Assembly: GCA_018812925.1 (NCBI GenBank)
Contig: JAHJCU010000004.1
Location: forward strand, 101,621 to 165,620
From: Candidatus Omnitrophota bacterium
GTDB taxonomy: Bacteria > CAIJMQ01
Length of the DNA stretch: 64,000 bases
Reading direction: 5' to 3'
The notes under the pieces were generated by a model, which was not told where the DNA came from, ran no database searches, and saw nothing but the letters and a program-made list of their open reading frames with translations. Shown here piece after piece: positions 58,725 to 64,000 of this stretch (the first letter of the stretch is position 1; every line of letters begins with the position of its first letter). Made by a program: the position numbers and the translations under genes.

Positions 58725-59726
58725 ATGGAATGCATAAAAGTTAAGGAGCTTTTGTCTGAGTATATTGACAATGTTCTTGATGAACAGTTAAAAAAATCTG
58801 TAGAAGAACATCTTCTAACCTGCAATAGTTGCGCTGAAGAACTTGCTTCATTAAAAACATATCTGGAGAAAATCAACTCTCTTGAGAAAATAGAAGCTCC
58901 CGTAAATTTTATTAAGAGTTTGAATGAAAAACTGGAAAACGAAAATCCAAAACCGCAGGAACAACCTAATTTTGAACCAAAGCCCGAATTTAAAGATACA
59001 AAACAAAAAGTATTTATGCCTTTCAAAATAAAACTGTCATTTAAATTTGCAGGTGCTTTAGCAATGCTACTATTGGTTGTTTACATTGTAAAGGTAATAC
59101 AACCGTCTGAGGAAATGACAACTGTTATACCGTCATCTCAAGAAAAAATAGTTACAGAAAAACTTATGGATAAAGAAGCCAAACAACTTGCATTAGAGAA
59201 GAGAGAAGAAGACTTGTCTTCTTCCGAAATAATAAAAGGAAATCAAGTTCCTTTATCTTTAGCAATGGAAAAAGAAAAAACTATCTCATCAACTGTTTCA
59301 GCGGCGAAACCTATTGAGTTGGTTCTTTTAATAAAGCCGGATATGCAGGTTAGAGCTTATAGCAGTGTGCGGACTACAAATCTCCAAATGAAATCGGTTG
59401 ACTTGATAGGCAAAGATAAAGACGTATTAGAGAGCGGGAAGCTTAGAGAAGCAGAAAACATTGGAGCAATGATGGATGAAAAAAACAGCGTTGTAATATC
59501 TTCTGAAATTGAAAACCTTGTAAGGTCTTTCGGCGGGAATGTTTTATCAGTAAAATATAGCCAAACTGAAACTCATGTTATATCTGCAGAGATTCCAAAA
59601 GATAAGTATAGTAATTTATTAAAAAGTTTGAATGAATTAAGCCAATTCCAAAAACCTTCTCCTTCAGTTATCGGAACAGAAGGAGACTCCCTTAAAATTC
59701 GCGTAAAGCTTATTCCTTCCAAGTAA
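58725..59726 (+). CDS. Anti-sigma factor (zf-HC2 type) with one TM helix and an extracytoplasmic domain
   Basis: N-terminal H-x3-C-x2-C (HLLTCNSCAEE); start directly follows the sigma stop; TM segment near aa 105-125. Confidence 0.6.
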   Translation: MECIKVKELLSEYIDNVLDEQLKKSVEEHLLTCNSCAEELASLKTYLEKINSLEKIEAPVNFIKSLNEKLENENPKPQEQPNFEPKPEFKDTKQKVFMPFKIKLSFKFAGALAMLLLVVYIVKVIQPSEEMTTVIPSSQEKIVTEKLMDKEAKQLALEKREEDLSSSEIIKGNQVPLSLAMEKEKTISSTVSAAKPIELVLLIKPDMQVRAYSSVRTTNLQMKSVDLIGKDKDVLESGKLREAENIGAMMDEKNSVVISSEIENLVRSFGGNVLSVKYSQTETHVISAEIPKDKYSNLLKSLNELSQFQKPSPSVIGTEGDSLKIRVKLIPSK

Positions 59727-59744
59727 CATTTCAAAAAATTTTCG

Positions 59745-59771
59745 GAACTTTTCTCTCTCTCCTTTGTCTAA
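59745..59771 (+). promoter_or_regulatory. Second ECF sigma-type promoter motif (GGAACTT-N14-GTCTAA) upstream of the VIT-vWA gene
   Basis: cggaacttttctctctctcctttgtctaa, about 40 nt before the AAGGAGGAG SD and the ATG at 59809. Confidence 0.5.
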
Positions 59772-59808
59772 ATAAGTGAAAACTAGAGAACAAACAAAGG
59801 AGGAGAAA

Positions 59809-61947
59809 ATGAAAACGAAAATATTTATATCGGTAATAGTATTGTTTCTATGCTTAGTTTTTGGATTAAAAGATGTGTTCGCAGACGGATTGATAATAGT
59901 TGACCCGCCAGGCGGTTTGCACCGCCCCCACCCAAAACCAGAGGCTTTATCCGTAAAATATCATAGAGTGCAGGTTAATATAGAAAACGGCATTGCTACC
60001 ACATCAATCGACCAAGTATTCATAAATAATTACGACGTGGATTTAGAAGGGACATATATATTCCCTCTACCTGAAGACGCTGCCATTTCGAACTTCACAA
60101 TGTATGTTGATGGCAAAAAAATGAAGGGCGAAATTCTAGATAAGGATAAAGCAAGACAGATTTATGAAGATATAGTAAGAAGGATGAAGGATCCGGCACT
60201 TTTAGAATATGTTGGAAGAAATATGTTTAAGATGCGAGTTTATCCGATACCTAAACGCGGAGAAAAAAGAATCGAATTGGTTTATCAGGAAACTTTAAAA
60301 TACGATGCAGGTATTTACAAGTATATATATCCGCTTAATACAGAAAAATTTTCTCCAAAACCATTAGAAGAAGTCACAATATCTGCAAATATAAAGTCAA
60401 AAATTCCTGTGAAAAACGTTTATTCACCGAGTCATGAAGTAGATATAAAAATTGAAGAATTTGAAGCAACTTGTGGATATGAAGCTGAAGATGTAAAGCC
60501 CGATAAAGACTTTGTTCTTTACTACACTGTATCGGAAAAGGATGTGGGATTAAATCTGCTTTGTTACAGAACTGGAAGCGAGGATGGATATTTTATGATG
60601 CTTCTTTCCCCCGGAGAATTGAAAGAGAAAATTGCAAGTAATAAGGATATTATATTCGTATTAGATACATCCGGAAGCATGAGCGGAGAAAAGATAAAAC
60701 AGGCAAAAGAAGCTTTGAAGTTCTGCATAAATAGTTTAAGTAAAGGTGATAAGTTTAACATACTAAGTTTTGCGACTGGTGTAAATAAGTACAAAGATAG
60801 CTTGGTTTCTGTAAATAATAAAAGTATTAACGAAGCTTTAGATTTTATTGATAACCTTTCAGCGAGAGGAGGCACTGATATCAATGATGCTCTTTCATCA
60901 GCGCTGGCAATGATTACTGATTCACAAAAACCCAAGATGATTATTTTTCTTACAGATGGACAACCTACTGTAGGAGTTACCGATATGAAAACCATCTTAA
61001 AAAATCTTGAGGGTTCTAATACAGCTAACGCAAGAGTTTTTGTATTCGGCGTGGGTAATGATGTAAACACACACCTCTTAGATAGAATTTCCCAAACGCA
61101 TAGAGGTTTAACTGAGTATGTAGTTCCAAGAGAGAATATTGAGATTAAAGTATCTTCTTTTTATCGCAAAATAAGCGAGCCGATTTTAGCAAATATAAGC
61201 TTGGATTTTAGAAAAATCAAAACGAAAGAAATTTATCCTGTTACATTACCTGATATATTTAAGGGTACTCAACTTGTTCTTTTGGGAAGATACGATGGGA
61301 ATGGGCCAACAGCTATTAAATTAACAGGATACCTCAATGGTAAAAAGGAACAAATCATCTATGAAGGCAATTTCCCATCGGAGAATAAAGAGAACGATTT
61401 TATTCCAAGGATATGGGCAATGAGAAAGATTGGATATCTAATGAGTGAAATACGCTTGAGAGGCGATAATAAAGAACTTATTGATGAGATAGTTGCGCTT
61501 AGTAAAGAATACGGCGTAATGACGCAATATACATCGTTTTTAGTCCTGGAAAAGGATGAGGATTATAAACGGTGGGGAATACATTCTAATGAGGCATCGA
61601 AGATGATAAAAGAAGGGAAGTTGTCTGTGGATGCGATGAAACAAACAACCGGAGCAAGAAGTGTATCAAGCTCTATGGATATAAGTGATTTAAAAGGTCA
61701 GTTGGTTGTTGAGGCTCCGAGAAGGGCGACCATTAAACATATAGGAGCAAAAACCTTCTATCAGCAGGAAAACGGTTCTTGGTTGGATTCAAAATTTAGC
61801 AAAGGATTAAGTATAAAAGATATAAAATATCTTAGCAAAGAATACTTTGAGATTCTAAAAGAAAACCCTGAACTTGGTAAATATTTTGCGATAGGAGAAA
61901 AGGTTGTTGTTGTATTTGACGGAATTTGTTATCGTATAACTGAATAA
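59809..61947 (+). CDS. Secreted VIT domain and von Willebrand factor A domain protein
   Basis: Signal peptide after the ATG at 59809 (strong SD; track start GTG 59776 is less likely); vWA MIDAS motif DTSGSMSG; VIT-like N-terminal region. Confidence 0.8.
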   Translation: MKTKIFISVIVLFLCLVFGLKDVFADGLIIVDPPGGLHRPHPKPEALSVKYHRVQVNIENGIATTSIDQVFINNYDVDLEGTYIFPLPEDAAISNFTMYVDGKKMKGEILDKDKARQIYEDIVRRMKDPALLEYVGRNMFKMRVYPIPKRGEKRIELVYQETLKYDAGIYKYIYPLNTEKFSPKPLEEVTISANIKSKIPVKNVYSPSHEVDIKIEEFEATCGYEAEDVKPDKDFVLYYTVSEKDVGLNLLCYRTGSEDGYFMMLLSPGELKEKIASNKDIIFVLDTSGSMSGEKIKQAKEALKFCINSLSKGDKFNILSFATGVNKYKDSLVSVNNKSINEALDFIDNLSARGGTDINDALSSALAMITDSQKPKMIIFLTDGQPTVGVTDMKTILKNLEGSNTANARVFVFGVGNDVNTHLLDRISQTHRGLTEYVVPRENIEIKVSSFYRKISEPILANISLDFRKIKTKEIYPVTLPDIFKGTQLVLLGRYDGNGPTAIKLTGYLNGKKEQIIYEGNFPSENKENDFIPRIWAMRKIGYLMSEIRLRGDNKELIDEIVALSKEYGVMTQYTSFLVLEKDEDYKRWGIHSNEASKMIKEGKLSVDAMKQTTGARSVSSSMDISDLKGQLVVEAPRRATIKHIGAKTFYQQENGSWLDSKFSKGLSIKDIKYLSKEYFEILKENPELGKYFAIGEKVVVVFDGICYRITE

Positions 61948-61970
61948 AAAATTAAAAAGGAGGAGTTGAG

Positions 61971-63383
61971 ATGAAAAGAATAATACTTTTTCTAGTAGTG
62001 AGTTTTTTGGTTGTAGCAGGAGCTTGTTCTGCAGCAGCGCCTCTTAAAAGCACGATTGATGACCAAGAACAGATATATATAACTATATACAACAATAACT
62101 TAGGATTGGTTAAGGATATTAGGGAAATCTATTTGCCGAGAGGCATTTCAGAACTACAGTTTATGGACGTGGCGCAAAAAATAAATCCGACTACAGTTCA
62201 TATAAAATCATTAATTGAACCCGATAGTTTATCTGTTCTGGAACAGAATTATGAATATGATTTACTCAATCCCGCCAAACTTTTGGACAAGTATGTGGGA
62301 CAGAAAGTAAAACTGGTAGGCTATAGTGGAGAGGAAGGATACGATGCAATTCTTTTAAGTACTAACCAAGGGTATATTTATAAAATTAATGATGAGATCC
62401 ATATAAACCCAGGTGGCAGAGTTATTCTGCCTAAGATACCCGAAAACCTGATTGCTAAACCAACTTTGGTATGGATGTTAAACAATACACTTAGAAGCAA
62501 ACAAAAAGTGGAGGCATCATATTTAACGGACGGCATAAACTGGAAAGCCGATTATGTTGCAATTCTGAACAAAGATGATACTAAGGCAGACTTGACCGGT
62601 TGGGTTACCATAGACAATAAAAGCGGAGCCGGTTATAAAGATGCCACTATTCAGTTGATAGCAGGAGATGTAAACAGAGTAACAGATGAAGGAAAATATG
62701 ATAGATCAAGGATTATGATGGAAAAAGCTTCAGTAGGAATGGACTCCTTGGGGTTTGCAGAAAAAGCATTCTTTGAATATCACATATATACTTTGGGAAG
62801 AAAATCAACCATCAAAGAAAACCAGACCAAACAAATAAGTTTACTTGAAGCATCCGATATTCCCATAAAGAAAAATTTAATCTTCTACGGTGCTGAATAT
62901 TATTATCGCAATCGTTATGGTGAACCGATCTCCAATCAAAAGGTAGGTGTTTATATTGATATTGAAAATAAGAAGGAAAACAATTTAGGTATGCCTTTTC
63001 CCAAGGGGATAGTAAGAGTTTACAAGGAAGACCACGAAGGAAGACTGCAGTTTGTAGGAGAAGACCGAATTGACCACACACCAAAAGACGAGACAATAGA
63101 GATAAAGATGGGCGAGGCATTTGATGTTGTGGGAGAGAGAACACAGATGGATTGGAAGAAAATTGCCAGTAATGTTTATGAAGCAGAGTGGGAAATATCT
63201 ATCCGCAATCATAAGGAAGAAGATGCTGAGGTTCAAATTATTGAGCCGATTCCAGGCGATTGGACAATCTTAAAGAGTTCTCATAAATACGAAAAAATAG
63301 AAGCGCATACCTTAAAATACACCGTCAAAGTTCCTAAGGATGGAGAAGTGAAGATAACTTATAGAGTTAGGATGACGTGGTGA
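61971..63383 (+). CDS. Secreted DUF4140/DUF4139-like protein (mucoidy inhibitor MuiA family-like)
   Basis: Signal peptide, beta-rich; N-terminal pattern resembles DUF4140; assignment by recollection only. Confidence 0.5.
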   Translation: MKRIILFLVVSFLVVAGACSAAAPLKSTIDDQEQIYITIYNNNLGLVKDIREIYLPRGISELQFMDVAQKINPTTVHIKSLIEPDSLSVLEQNYEYDLLNPAKLLDKYVGQKVKLVGYSGEEGYDAILLSTNQGYIYKINDEIHINPGGRVILPKIPENLIAKPTLVWMLNNTLRSKQKVEASYLTDGINWKADYVAILNKDDTKADLTGWVTIDNKSGAGYKDATIQLIAGDVNRVTDEGKYDRSRIMMEKASVGMDSLGFAEKAFFEYHIYTLGRKSTIKENQTKQISLLEASDIPIKKNLIFYGAEYYYRNRYGEPISNQKVGVYIDIENKKENNLGMPFPKGIVRVYKEDHEGRLQFVGEDRIDHTPKDETIEIKMGEAFDVVGERTQMDWKKIASNVYEAEWEISIRNHKEEDAEVQIIEPIPGDWTILKSSHKYEKIEAHTLKYTVKVPKDGEVKITYRVRMTW

Positions 63384-63429
63384 GAAATTTTGGTTACAGA
63401 GATTTCCAGGTATAATATTAGACTTTCAG

Positions 63430-64000
63430 TTAGTGGCTTGCGAAGTTGTCTTTTTGCTCTAAACTAATCAACTTGGCAAAAGATGAAATTGCAGACCAGT
63501 ATTTCATTTCTGCGTTAGCAGACATGTAATCGTGAGTTGTGTCGTCCAACCAACAATTCATCTTGGGCTCATTAGCTTTCTGAAAAAGCTTCTCACCGTG
63601 CCAAAAAGGAATTGTTTTGTCGTTTCTACCGTGTATTACAAGTACCGGACAGTTCACCTTATCTATCATCACAATGTTGCGAAACTTGTCGAATGGAAAC
63701 AGGGGCACGCGTGTAAGAACACGGAATACAGTCACGAACGAGCTCTCTACAATCACACCTGCAATATCGTATTTACATGCCAGATAGATAGCTAAACCAC
63801 CTCCTACAGACCTACCGTGAATAATGATACGTTTGAGGGAAATCTTTCCATGTTCAATAAGGTATTTTAAGGCAGCATCAGCATCTCCATAGGCATTTGA
63901 GGTGGTAGGTCTTCCTTCACTTGTTCCATATCCACTGTAGTCATACGAGAAAACAGAGAATCCTTGGCTGCAATAGTAACCAAGGAATTCGTGGATTTCT
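63430..64000 (-). CDS. Alpha/beta hydrolase; 5' end lies outside the window
   Basis: Frame open from the window edge to the stop at 63430; nucleophile elbow GRSVGG and PVLVIHGRND motif. Confidence 0.7.
   Translation of the reverse strand, partial: EIHEFLGYYCSQGFSVFSYDYSGYGTSEGRPTTSNAYGDADAALKYLIEHGKISLKRIIIHGRSVGGGLAIYLACKYDIAGVIVESSFVTVFRVLTRVPLFPFDKFRNIVMIDKVNCPVLVIHGRNDKTIPFWHGEKLFQKANEPKMNCWLDDTTHDYMSANAEMKYWSAISSFAKLISLEQKDNFASH

Noticed and set aside
1-64000. CRISPR arrays, rRNA and tRNA genes, integrases and transposases
   Set aside because: No regularly spaced direct repeats with unique spacers, no rRNA or tRNA-like conserved blocks and no recombinase motifs were seen; the only repeat families are the short palindromic and heptad elements reported above.

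Overview
AT-rich bacterial chromosomal window, densely coding on both strands, with no rRNA, tRNA, CRISPR array or obvious mobile element found by eye. All protein calls rest on motif recognition in the supplied translations; no database search was run. Coordinates of hand-derived motifs may be off by 1-2 nt. Housekeeping content: cstA, recJ, rsmA, transaldolase, trpBA, tyrS, purQ and a PurS-PurL fusion, nusA-infB-rbfA, lpxK-tmk-holB, def, thiC, pdaD-speB, pabB/pabC, dapB, pfkA. One accessory region (about 14.0-28.7 kb) is a glycan-biosynthesis cluster: three GT4 enzymes, a Wzx-like flippase, three to four SAM methyltransferases, a B12-binding radical SAM enzyme, an AsnB-like amidotransferase, and a GT2 plus two GT-C-like membrane proteins. 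The best candidate for an undescribed system is at 58.1-63.4 kb: an ECF sigma factor and zinc-finger anti-sigma factor followed by a secreted VIT-vWA protein and a DUF4139-like protein, with a near-identical ECF-type promoter motif (GGAACTT ... GTCTAA) both before the sigma gene and before the VIT-vWA gene. Other observations: a GC-rich hairpin repeated at two intergenic sites, a GTAA heptad array, a long-range inverted repeat bridging trpB and trpA, a transaldolase whose conserved N-terminus has no canonical start codon, a GAF-GGDEF-PBP signalling protein, a membrane-anchored GspE-type ATPase, and a lysine/glutamate-rich protein where fmt normally follows def.
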